Assembly (NCBI GenBank): GCA_002269645.1 | Contig: NIVC01000629.1 | Coordinates: forward strand, 372,001 to 436,000 | From: Macrostomum lignano | Lineage: Eukaryota | Direction of reading: 5' to 3' | DNA: 64,000 nt | In this document: in pieces, positions 22,701 through 34,500 of the stretch | Numbering within the stretch: position 1 is the first letter of the stretch | How the letters are laid out: every line of letters starts with the position of its first letter | The notes under the pieces: model-generated | The model's input: only the letters and a program-made list of their open reading frames with translations | Database searches by the model: none | What the model was told of the DNA's origin: nothing | Position numbers and translations under genes: made by a program

Positions 22701-25108
22701 ATGAGCTGAGACTGCTTTTGCTCATGGGGTGCTGCTTGTTGATGAAGTGAGACTGCTGTTGCTCATGGGGTGCTGCTTGTTGATGAGGTGAGACTGCTTT
22801 TGCTCATGGGGTGCTGCTTGTTGATGAAGTGAGACTGCTGTTGCTCATGGGGTGCTGCTTGTTGATGAGGTGAGACTGCTTTTGCTCATGGGGTGCTGCA
22901 TGTTGATGAGGTGAGACTGCTTTTGCTCATGGGGTGCTGCATGTTGATGAGGTGAGACTGCTTTTGCTCATGGGATGCTGCATGTTGATGAGCTGAGACT
23001 GCTGTTGCTCATGGGGTGCTGCTTGTTGATGGGGTGAAACTGCTGTTGCTCACAGGTATTCCCAACAACCGTCCTGTCCAGGTAACAGCCATGAAGGACG
23101 CCATCCCGTGCCCCGAGAACCTGCCCCGGGTGGACATCCTGGCTTACATCCTGCACGCTGCCGATATCAGCCACCCGGCAAAGATCTGGCGACTTCACGA
23201 GCGCTGGACAGGCAAACTGACGGCCGAGTTCTTCGCCCAGGGCGACCGCGAGAAGGAGCTCGGGCTGGCCTGCAGCCCGCTGTGTGATCGCGACAAGACC
23301 ATGGTGGCCAGCTCCCAAGTTGGTGGGTCCAGATGCAGCCACATTTGGTTTGAGAAATGTCACGATAGGGTTTTACGGGAAATTGTTTGGCGTTACATTG
23401 GTTTGTTATTAGCTACGAGCTACCCCTGGCAGTCAAATATTGGCGCCATTGACACTCAAATATTGGCGCCATTGACACTCAAATATTGGCGCCATTGACA
23501 CTCAAATATTGGCGCCATTGACACTCAAATATTGGCGCCATTGACACTCAAATATTGGCGCCATTGACACTCAAATATTGGTGCCATTGACACTCAAATA
23601 TTGGCGCCATTGACACTCAAATATTGGCGCCATTGACACTCAAATATTGGCGTCCTTGACACCCAAATTGGTGCTCCTGTCTTTAGAGGCAAGGAGGACT
23701 CAAGAACTGCAGGACAGTAAAATGTGTCTCCAAATACATTTGACGGTCTTTGAACTTACAGATGTCATTATAGGCTCATAGCTATTTTATTGCAGTGTTC
23801 AATTCTTAGTACAGGTAAGAACGTGACTGCTTGTACGCACAGTGAGATTCCGCCCCGATAACTCCGGCGCCAGCCTCTCTGCATCCTCTCGAATCCACAG
23901 GCCAGCCCGGCCCGGGAGCCACTAATTGGAATTCCAGTCTCCAGCCTCACAGATCTCACCCTGCCCACTTCCTCCTCATCGCAGCCTTAATTAACCTGAG
24001 CCATCCCGCGGCTGTGCTCACAGCCTTCTCTTGTCTCTCTCTCTCTCGAAGGAGAAACACGAACCGAAATGGGATTAGCAAATGGGGATTTAAGCTCGGC
24101 TGGGGAAGATTAAACAGACTCGATCCTCCTTTCGACGCCTCCAGTCGCGGTTTCAACGTTTCTATTTTTCCTGACTGCACTGCACTTCTTTACGGCAGTG
24201 CTCAAGAGCTTATTCAGTGCTGCTGGCTTCCAGTTCATTTGGCTGCTTCACACAGCTCCACAACATCTAATAGCGTCTGTTGTGCGAGTGGATGAGAAAT
24301 GGGAGATAGGGGTGAATAAATAAATAAAGAAAGTGAGAGGGAGACTGGCAGATAAAAGAGAGATGAGGAGAGTGGATAGAGGGTGATGTAAAAAGGGAGA
24401 AAGGGAGGGAGAAAGGGAGAGAGTGAGAGAGGTAGAGAGGTAGAGAGGTAGAGAGGGAGAGAGGTAGAGAGGGAGAGAGGTAGAGAGGGAGAGAGTGAGA
24501 GAGGTAGAGAGGTAGAGAGGGAGAGAGGTAGAGAGGTAGAGAGGTAGAGAGGTAGAGAGGTAGAGAGTGAGAGGTAGGGAGGCACACAGGGAGGACACAG
24601 GGAGGCAGCGAGTGCAGCATTGCCGCGAGCGAGACTTTTCCTAGGTTCACTGACCCCCATCTCACTCCCAGGGGGTCAGCTGCCCCCCGTCTCGCGGTCC
24701 CCGAGTACACTGCAGGCACAGCAGAATTGAGTCCCTCTCTCCACCGCGCCAGGCTTCATCGAGTACATAGTAGAGCCGTGCTTCCACACGCTGCTGCAGC
24801 TGCTGCAGAGCGTGAAGTTCCTGCTGAATCCGCCGCGCCAGACGGCGCCAGGGGCCGACAGCAACGGCGAGAGTGGCAGCAGCCGTGGCGGCGATGACGA
24901 GGATGGCGAGGTGACGGGCAGCCGGCCGACCAACCCGACACCGGACACGATGGACCGGCTACGCGACCTGCACGACTGGGACGTGCTGAGCATCCTGTGC
25001 TCCAACCGCGACCGCTGGCGCGACCTCGCCGAGTCGGAGAAACGACGAGTCGCCGTCATTGACGAAGTCAACGAAGAAGAAGATCAAGAAGAAGAGGCGG
25101 AGAACTAA
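19733..25108 (+). CDS. PDE1: Ca2+/calmodulin-dependent cyclic nucleotide phosphodiesterase PDE1; exons 19733-19948, 20789-21133 (alternative donor 21124), 22034-22666, 23082-23322, 24753-25108; ~596 aa
   Basis: All junctions are GT-AG and phase-compatible (0,0,0,1). N-terminal CaM-binding segments KLRHLLQLVQEGEV...ARLLEKVFVD and VPERVQEWLTATFTRR...LRSLATVVQTSVYFEKLFR match PDE1 as recalled. Catalytic motifs YHNCTHSADV, IHDFEHTGTTNNY, LATDMSTHF, ILHAADISHPAK, EFFAQGDREKELG and SSQVGFIEYIVEP are intact. Confidence 0.95.
19949..20188 (+). repeat. 40-bp tandem repeat x6 starting exactly at the PDE1 intron 1 donor
   Basis: Unit gttagggcccattgtgtatcaaagggaatgtgaacttaag begins GT and ends AG; first base is the intron's first base. 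Confidence 0.96.
21218..22033 (+). repeat. 59-bp tandem repeat, ~14 copies, ending exactly at the PDE1 intron 2 acceptor
   Basis: Unit gatgagtagcaaggtgctagacttaagaatcccactgccgctctcgcacacctgtgcag; the last cag (22031-22033) is the functional acceptor. Confidence 0.96.
22681..23054. repeat. 41-bp minisatellite, ~9 copies, filling PDE1 intron 3
   Basis: Unit gtgagactgctgttgctcatggggtgctgcttgttgatgag. Confidence 0.94.
23434..23666. repeat. 23-bp minisatellite, ~10 copies, in PDE1 intron 4
   Basis: Unit caaatattggcgccattgacact. Confidence 0.95.
24380..24585. repeat. GA-rich (gagaggta)n-type simple repeat in PDE1 intron 4
   Basis: Read directly from the sequence. Confidence 0.88.
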
Positions 25109-26402
25109 AACTTGAATGACTGCACGCCCGTGTAGCACCCTAGATACAGTTGCTATGTCAGCACCTGCTGCAGAGTTTGTATGTATTGCTTCTGCCAGGC
25201 AAAGTGAGGAAAGTGAGTGAGCACAGCGGGAGACGGATAATCTGATTGTGTGTGTGCTATGAGAGTGAGGGAGACTGGAGAGAGAGGGGGGTAGTAGCAG
25301 TATAGATGCAGAGGACTCAAAGAGCCCTAGCGCACAAGCGCTCGCGGAAAACCGATGAGGGGAGGCGCATGGCCTCGCCAGCAGGCAGGGACGAGGAGAG
25401 TCATGGTGCCGGCTAGTCCTCGGGGAACATGGCTCCTGCGGCGTGCGACGACAGAACCGCCTTCTTCCTTCGAGCTGGTGGAAAAAGAGATAGGGGAGAG
25501 AGAGGGAGAGGGAGACTGGATGATAGGGGGGATAGAGGAAAGAAGGAAACTGCAATGAGTTTAAAGCTCATGGCTCAATCTCCCATTAATCATAGCGCAG
25601 GGTGCAGCTGTCTATGGCCAAAGCTCTGACTGTGCATTTATTTATGAATGCCCAGATTCCCAACTTGGCCTAATTAAAGCAATATTTAGTGACCATGAAT
25701 TAAAAATCAAAACAAGCAGCGCTTAATCATATCATCATTGATAACCAAAGTAGACGGACTCCACACATAGAAACCGCTGGAGGTCTGAGATAGGAAGTGA
25801 CGGGGCTGTGAATTATCATGAATTTTTACCTGATCTTAAGCATTGAACAATCTAAAATGATGGGTTCCCGATTCACCAATAGATTGCTCACTTTTGCTCC
25901 TAAGATGCATGCTTTTGCAATTCCCTTCTCAATGCAATGTACAGGCCGTCAACGTTTTCCCCTTTTTCCACTTGTACGCTGACGCAGTGGCGTAGCCAGG
26001 ATTTCTATCTGGGGGGGGGGGGGCACAGTCAAGGTCATTGTTGAGAATAATTTCACCCAGACATAATGGCAATTAGTTTTCAGCCATTGATCCACTGTTG
26101 CTCCACAATGTACATTTGCACAATGTACAAAATCATCACGTGACTGCTTTCCGCCCAAAGATAATGCAGGAAAAGCTGTCACGTGATGAAATTTGTACAT
26201 TCGGTAAGTGTACATTGTGGAGCATAAAGTACATCTATCTCACTTTTATTTTACTTCAAAATCTTCTTGCAGGTAAAAGGTAATGTACCTGCATGTGCCT
26301 GCATGTTTTTCTCACACCGGTCATCAACAGGCGGGTCTAGGTCGTTGGTTCGAATCTGCATAGAAGAATTGATGAGACATTGAAATATTGAAATTACGAA
26401 TT

Positions 26403-27457
26403 ACGTTGCTGAGATGCCAAGGCTCACGGGGAGAGTTGCTGAGATGCCATGGCTCACGGGGAGAGTTGCTGAGATGCCATGGCTCACGGGGAGAGTTGCT
26501 GAGATGCCATGGCTCACGGGGAGAGTTGCTGAGATGCCATGGCTCACGGGAGAGTTGCTGAGATGCCAAGACTCACGGGGAGAGTTGCTGAGATGCCATG
26601 GCTCACGGGGAGAGTTGCTGAGATGCCAAGGCTCACGGGGAGAGTTGCTGAGATGCCATGGCTCACGGGGAGAGTTGCTGAGATGCCATGGCTCACGGGG
26701 AGAGTTGCTGAGATGCCAAGGCTCACGGGGAGAGTTGCTGAGATGCCATGGCTCACGGGGAGAGTTGCTGAGATGCCATGGCTCGCGGGGAGAGTTGCTG
26801 AGATGCCATGGCTCACGGGGAGAGTTGCTGAGATGCCATGGCTCACGGGGAGAGTTGCTGAGATGCCATGGCTCACGGGGAGAGTTGCTGAGATGCCATG
26901 GCTCACGGGGAGAGTTGCTGAGATGCCATGGCTCACGGGGAGAGTTGCTGAGATGCCATGGCTCACGGGGAGAGTTGCTGAGATGCCATGGCTCACGGGG
27001 AGAGTTGCTGAGATGCCATGGCTCACGGGGAGAGTTGCTGAGATGCCATGGCTCACGGGGAGAGTTGCTGAGATGCCATGGCTCACGGGGAGAGTTGTTG
27101 AGATGCCATGGCTCACGGGGAGAGTTGCTGAGATGCCATGGCTCGCGGGGAGAGTTGCTGAGATGCCATGGCTCGCGGGGAGAGTTGCTGAGATGCCATG
27201 GCTCGCGGGGAGAGTTGCTGAGATGCCATGGCTCGCGGGGAGAGTTGCTGAGATGCCATGGCTCGCGGGGAGAGTTGCTGAGATGCCATGGCTCACGGGG
27301 AGAGTTGCTGAGATGCCATGGCTCACGGGGAGAGTTGCTGAGATGCCATGGCTCACGGGGAGAGTTGCTGAGATGCCATGGCTCACGGGGAGAGTTGCTG
27401 AGATGCCATGACTCACGGGGAGAGTTGCTGAGATGCCAAGGCTCACGGGGAGAGTTG
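26403..27457. repeat. 30-bp minisatellite, ~35 copies
   Basis: Unit gagatgccatggctcacggggagagttgct; length divisible by 3 gives stop-free ORFs on both strands. Confidence 0.97.
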
Positions 27458-27915
27458 TTAGCAGGCCAAGTACCAAAGGGGAGTTAGGGTTGAGCCATGG
27501 CTTAAAGATAGGCTTTGAGGCCAAAGCTCACAGGGGATGCTGATATCTTTAAGATACATGTAGCTCATCACCCCTATACTAAAACTGGTTTGTCTCTGTC
27601 TAGGTATCCATCTATGTGATCGATTTGAGAAAAATACGGCTTAACCGATTTTTAAGAGACGATACATACGAGTTTATCGTGGCTAAGAAATTGCTCAATA
27701 CTAAAACTAAAAGGATTTAATATTCGAAAAACATGCTTTCTGGCAAAGGTCAAGCATTACTTTTCGACTATGCTAAAGAAAAAACTGACTAACTGAAATC
27801 TGATAAAGATAAAGACTGCATCACAGCAGGCCTTTTAGTTATGAGTATCGTTACTTTACTGGCTGAATTGCGAGTTCGACTTGAATGGCGTCACGGTGTT
27901 GAGAACACAGTGTGG

Positions 27916-28142
27916 AACAACAACAACAACAAAGTACGCGACCCCGCAAGCAGTCAGTAAAAGCAGGGCGCGTCAGATGGCGCGCCACAGAGTCTGTGAG
28001 CGAACGAAGTCCGCTCCGTTGGCAGTGTCAGGCGCCCCAGCGTCGCACAGCAGGCAGTCCACGTATCGACGGGTTCGGGCCTCTCATCCCGCCTGAATGG
28101 GCCTGTAAGGTGAGCAGCAGGACGTCCTAAACAGGTTGGGAG
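27916..28142 (-). mobile_element. RTE-like LINE 3' end with short (TTG)5 tail
   Basis: Minus strand reads DVLLLTLQ...RYVDCLLCDAGAPDTANGADFVRSQTLWRAI-stop, then a 3' UTR and ttgttgttgttgttg, as in the copy at 5993-6325. Confidence 0.75.
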
Positions 28143-28501
28143 CAGTAGCCCTCGGCCCGGATCACTTCACATCTTATCAATTCCCCAATAAATCTTCTAT
28201 GTGCGACATTGTTCTGTTGTTGAATTAACGAACGCAGAAACAAGGTATATAATTTTCCGGGCGCGCAGTGGCACCAAGAGGCTTGGCCAATAGGAGGGCG
28301 GCTCGTTATGCACGCGGTGAAGGAAAGTTCTAGAAAGACCGGGAGAGGAAACTTCTGGAACTATGCGTAAACAAGTCCTGCTGTGGAAGTTAGAAACCCT
28401 GTCCCCGAACTATCCCTACGCATTGCATGCCTTTGCAATACACAACAGGTACGTGTTTTTTATTCATTTTATTTTTATACATGCATACATTTATCTTTGA
28501 C

Positions 28502-28745
28502 ATGACACTACTATGTTTGTCATGACGCTTCTATGTTTTTCATGACGCTTCTATGTTTTTCATGACGCTTTTATGTTTTTCATGACGCTTCTTGTTTTTT
28601 GTGACGCTTTTTCTGTTTGTCATGACGCTTTTTTATATCTGCCATGACGCTTCTTATAGTTTGTCATGATTATTTTTCTGTTTGTCATGACGCTTCTTCT
28701 ATGTTTGTCATGACGCTTCTTTTATGTTTGAAATGACGCTTACGA
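28502..28745. repeat. Degenerate ~20-bp repeat (tcatgacgcttctatgttt)
   Basis: Read directly from the sequence. Confidence 0.8.
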
Positions 28746-29069
28746 GCTATGTTTGAAATGAAAAGGCGCTTATTTTATTCTTCTCACTTCATCACTTAAA
28801 AAAGCTTTTAATAAAAAAATTACACTTTTATTAGCAGTTCAGTCTGTTTCACATCTATAGGCAAGCTCTCAGAACATGAATCGTATAGCACTTTACGACG
28901 CTCGTAAATGATAATTTAACACTCGCATCAAGCCAGTTCTAGTAAAAGTGACAAGAAGTAGTTATGACGTAATCGATTTCTCAGTCAGTCAGCACCAGTC
29001 TCCATTACGTCGTAAGGTTAAAATGTGGCTACACAAGATTAAATTAAGTCTTGTGCTATGTTTCCACAC

Positions 29070-29765
29070 TGTCGCCCTGGGCGACACGCTGGCGCCGTTC
29101 CTCTTCGTGCTGCTGCTAGACTGGGTGCTCCGGTCCGCACTCCCCTCGGCTGACGACGGCTTCCTGCTGCGCAGACGCATCCGTCGTCGCCACGGCGAAA
29201 AGTGCCTGAGCGTGCTTGGCTACGCCGACGACCTCCCCTCCTGTCCTCATCCGTTAAGGCGCCCAGCGTCAGATCGACAGGCTGGTCGAGGTGGAATCGA
29301 GCGTCGGTCTGGTTCTCAATACGCTGAAGACCGAGGTGCTGACATCCCAGCGGACCTGACGTGCCGCGGCGCAGACGGGCAGACGACCAGGCTCGCACGC
29401 TGCCAGCGGTTCACCTACCTCGGCGGTCTGGTGCCTCACGTGGAGGAAGACCTCCGGCGGCGCAGAGGAATTGTCTGGGCGGCCTTCCGTTCGATCCGAG
29501 CCGTCGTCTAGTCCGAAGCGCTGCCCGACCGCCAGAGGGCTCGGCTGTGGCAAGCGGTGGTCGAAACCGTCCTGCTCTACAACTCCGAGACGTGGACGCT
29601 GACGGCTACGCTGGAGCGGCAGCTGGACTCGGCGCACTCAGGGCTGCTCCGTGCGGCCTTTCAAGCTGACGAGAGCGTCGGGACCGAGGCCCTGCACGAT
29701 CGGGCCAAGCTGCGGGGCCCGTCCACCATCCTGCGCCGGCGGCGACTTTAACTGGCGGGCCACAG
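29070..29765 (+). mobile_element. RTE-like LINE reverse transcriptase fragment, frameshifted
   Basis: GDTLAPFLFVLLLDWVLR and SVLGYADDL (RT YADD motif), then FTYLGG and VETVLLYNSETWTLTATLERQLDSAHSGLLRAAF in shifting frames. Confidence 0.88.
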
Positions 29766-31569
29766 CTCGGGGTGAGAATCGCTATATACATGTACAGTAC
29801 AGTGTGTAATGCTGTGATTTGGGGTAATTAATGGCTGAAATGTCAAGGCTGAGGGGGGATTGTTGAGATGTTAATTCTAGTTTATTCAAAAATTCTATTC
29901 CATATTCTGTCTCCCCAAAAGGGGCCGTGATTGCCACTTAGGTCAAGACCTCCCCCCCCCCAGCTGCTGGTTACGTCACGCGCCTTATCACACGCAAACT
30001 CAGTCAAGAGGTTTTGATCGATACGAGCTTGGCATGGAACATATGTAGCAACAACTTTATATAATATATTTTCCAAGAAAGTATCCAAGAAGGTATCTAC
30101 ATGTAGTTTCTTGTAGTCTTTGTTCGACCATTCGATCGCACTAAAATATATTATAGTAAGAGGGCCGAAAAATATTCTTATGCCCATTCGACATTCTTCA
30201 TTTGAAATGACTCGCAGGAACTCGGGATCCGACAGCGAGAGCGCCGCTCTGGAGCCTTAAGTTAACATTGGATCCCCATTTATCCCATATTATCCCACTG
30301 CATGGGGTCAAGTGAGACATATACATGTACACTATAGCGATGACTCAGACTGAAGACCCATGCGTGTACGGCATCGCAGTCTATAATATATCAAAAAGCC
30401 TTGAGCCTTTAGCTGTCATACCTAGGAAAGTTAATATAATATAATAATAAACACTTGAATAATTCTACTTTGTTTAACTGTGAACGACGAAAGTAGAACA
30501 AAAGGAACCAACGGATTTGAAAACCGAGTTTTTTATTTTTTGAAAAGCCGCACGGAGCGACATGCCGAACGGCTAAGAAGAGGTGAATGAAAATGGAAAA
30601 AAATATGTCGAAAAAATAAGCTGAGAAAACGAAAAACTGGCGACACGCGCAAATGGATTGTTGGTAAAACAAATCGTTAAATATCGAATTATAACAAAGA
30701 CAACAGTTGGGACAAAACACAGAGTGATTCGCAGTTTAATAAAAAAATAGCTTTTTGTAAGAAACAAAAGCAGATAAAATTGAATTGCGATTACGTTGAA
30801 TATATAATTTGTTTTAATCAGTTTAAAAGCATAATTATTTAAACGAAGCTTAAATGGCATTATTTTTTCCCTGATAAGCAAGGCATTATAAATACGGCGG
30901 CACAAAAACCCTAAATTTAGAGTTTTACTATATTTTTACTACCATACCCCAGATATAGTGACTTTCATGTAGGGATTATATTCTGCTTATATATATAAAA
31001 GTGTAGCCTTGCTTTTGTGTGAAGGTCCTGCCGTCCTGGGTAAATTATGCAAAACAGGCTTTTGCATCTTTTGCATGCTTCCATATTTTTATTAAAAATA
31101 ATAGAAAACTAGTTAACTAATAATAAAATTCGGTCAGGATATGCATTCTTTATATATGGATTTATAAGCTATTCATAAAGCATGTTTTTTTAATGTATGT
31201 GTAAAGATGTCTGAATTAAAAAATCATTTAAACGCCCATCATTGCCAATGATTTTGTTTTTAATGCTAAGCTTAAGAGTTGATAAATTAGCATAAAAAGC
31301 CAATTAATAAATAGATTTTTGTCGTTAGGTAAAATAGTTCAACTAGACAAAATTAGAAAAACGATATTTTTATAAATAATGAGCACAGTCTCAAAAAGTT
31401 AGGGTGCAAAATGTAAAATTAAAAGTGAATGCAATGCACTCCATAAAAGTACAATGCTCATAAGTCGATACGAAACATTGCACTATAAAATTGTGCTTAA
31501 AAAGTAGAAAAAAATTCAAATTAAAAAGAAAAACGCCTACTGCCAGTAGTAGCAAAAGTCAATAGCATG

Positions 31570-34500
31570 TCACATGTCATGCTGATAAAATAGAATTATA
31601 AAAAAGCATGTTTTTGGCACAAAGCCAGCACCAGATCGGTAGAGGCTCTGAGGCTTATCCAGGAATAAACCACCATGGTCTTCCAGGTGGACAGCCGACC
31701 CCAGGGCACGGAGACGCGCCAGCAGAGAGGCCTGAAGTTTAGTTGAGAGATTATGCTAATTGTGAAGATAATTTAAAATATTGGTAGATTGATTCAAAGG
31801 GCATAATTTTCTCGCAATAAAAGCAATTCTCTTACGTAGGAAAACTTCGATTAAATGAAGAACTCGGAAGGCCTGAAGAAATAGAAAAAATAAATTATAG
31901 TTATGCCTTGTATCTTGTGAATAAAGATTGGTAAGATGGAGTTTGGGACAATAAAAGTTTTATGTCAATAACGTTTTGCAATTTGTAAGATCAATATGCC
32001 ATGGACAGCGATCAGCACAGGGACCACTGTAGCATAAACAAGACGCAAAACTTAACGATCGTGTAACTTTTGTAGGCTAATTACCTGGAAAAATACACTG
32101 CGGAGATAGGAAAATCATTTTTTATCACAAAATCAATGATTGCATTTGATCTGGGGCAGTGAAGATCACCATTCTTTTAAATTAGCATGCACAACGTGTG
32201 TTACTCTGTTGTACTTTTATATAGTTCCATTTAAATGCATATTAAAGTAGCTATTTCTAGAGCTGTAGACAATGTTTACCAATATCATTGCACTGATACT
32301 GGAACTACGAGTAGAGTAAATGGGAAAAATGCGTTCCCGTAATTATTATCCATATCAGTATGTCCTCCCTAAACCTTCCCGTAGCCTAGGAAAATATTGC
32401 GCTCACCTGAACGCCAGTATTATAATAGAAGCGCAGAGTGGATGGACTGCGGCAGCGCAGGTCGCTAGCCAGCTGGCACAGGCTGAAGCCGGCCCCATAG
32501 TCTATGGTCGGATCCGCCAGGTTCACAAAGGGCGGCCTGTGCAACAGGTGGAAAATTCCGGACCCGCTGTCAACCTGCCTGCTGCCGCAGTCGCTGATGT
32601 TGTTATTCTCGTCCAACCGGTTTGCGACCGCAACTTCTCGGCAGAGAGTGCTGCCAGAGTCTGGGGTGTAATTTCAGGGTGTAAGTTTTCTAAGAATTAT
32701 CTAAGAAATAGTATAACTAGTACAAAAAATCTGTAGGCCGCACTCACCCATAGTAGGCTGCATAGTAGTATAGAACGATTCGAAATTTCGAAGGCAGTAC
32801 AAAGTCTACAAAGTAAATTGGTAATGCATTACGCCCTTAACGTTTCTTACTTTACCTGTCAATCAATTTAAATATTCATGGCATTTGGCTCTGTTAGCTG
32901 TCTCTGCTATTTTAAAGTCTATTTTGGTTTTAGGCCTATAAACTTCAGGGCTTGCACTCCATTCTCTCAGGTATATTCAGGAAGCCTACAAACTTCAGGG
33001 CTTGCACTCTATTCTCTCAGGTATATTCAGGAAGCCTACAAACTTCAGGGCTTGCACTCCATTCTCTCAGGTATATTCAGGAAGCCTACAAACTTCAGGG
33101 CTTGCACTCTATTCTCTCAGGTATATTCAGGAAGCCTACAAACTTCAGGGCTTGCACTCCATTCTCTCAGGTATATTCAGGAAGCCTACAAACTTCAGGG
33201 CTTGCACTCTATTCTCTCAGGTATATTCAGGAAGCCTACAAACTTCAGGGCTTGCACTCCATTCTCTCAGGTATATTCAGGAAGCCTACAAACTTCAGGG
33301 CTTGCACTCTATTCTCTCAGGTATATTCAGGAAGCCTACAAACTTCAGGGCTTGCACTCTATTCTCTCAGGTATATTCAGGAAGCCTACAAACTTCAGGG
33401 CTTGTACTCTATTCCCTCAGGTATATTCAGGAAGCCTGACAAACTTCAGGGCTTGCTTCTCAAGCTCCATAAAACCCAGTCCAAGCAAGCAGCGCTGTAA
33501 GATAAAGACGAACCTGCACTCCCAAGTTGTAGAAGAAAACCACAGTGATGGGAGTCAAGCAGAGCAGATCGGAGCCCCGGGGACAGCAGCTGAAGCCGGA
33601 GTCCAGCTGGATGGGCAGCCTAGGCAGCAGCGGGTGGGGCACCGGAACCGGCGCCATGGCCAGGGAGGCTATCAGCGATGGCAGGCTGAATTGGCGGCGA
33701 ATCGGTGGCGCTGGTGGCGGCGCGAACAGAAGAGCTCGGGTGCACTGCGGCTGCGGTGGTCTGAGGGTCCAGGGCAGGGCGTGAAGATAAATTACAGAGC
33801 ATTATAAATGGAATTCGACTGTCAGCAATGCCACAGTCACAATATCTGACTGTCAGCAATGCCAAATGTGTCACAATATCTGACTGTCAGCAATGCCAAA
33901 TGTGTCACAATATCTGACTGTCAGCAATGCTAATGTGTCACAATATCTGACTGTCAGCAATGCCACTGTGTCACAATATCTGACTGTCAGCAATGCCACT
34001 GTGTCACAATATCTGACTGTCAGCAATGCCACTGTGTCACAATATCTGACTGTCAGCAATGCCACAGTCACAATATCTGACTGCCAGCAATGCCAAATGT
34101 GTCACAATATCTGACTGTCAGCAATGCCACTGTGTCACAATATCTGACTGTCAGCAATGCCACTGTCACAATATCTGACTGTCAGCAATGCCAAATGTGT
34201 CACAATATCTGACTGTCAGCAATGCCACTGTGTCACAATATCTGACTGTCAGCAATGCCACTGTCACAATATCTGACTGTCAGCAATGCCATTGTGTCAC
34301 AATATCTGACTGTCAGCAATGCCACTGTGTCACAATATCTGACTGTCAGCAATGCCACTGTCACAATATCTGACTGTCAGCAATGCCATTGTGTCACAAT
34401 ATCTGACTGTCAGCAATGCCACAGTCACAATATCTGACTGCCAGCAATGCCAAATGTGTCACAATATCTGACTGTCAGCAATGCCACTGTGTCACAATAT

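Noticed and set aside
26403-27524. 290-357 aa ORFs on both strands (ELLRCHGSRG, RVAEMPWLTG, ISATLPVSHG)
   Set aside because: The 30-bp unit is a multiple of 3 and stop-free in several frames. No unique coding flanks, and variation shows no codon-position bias.
32878-33807. 309-aa plus-strand ORF
   Set aside because: Runs through the 50-bp array and antisense to an OTU exon.
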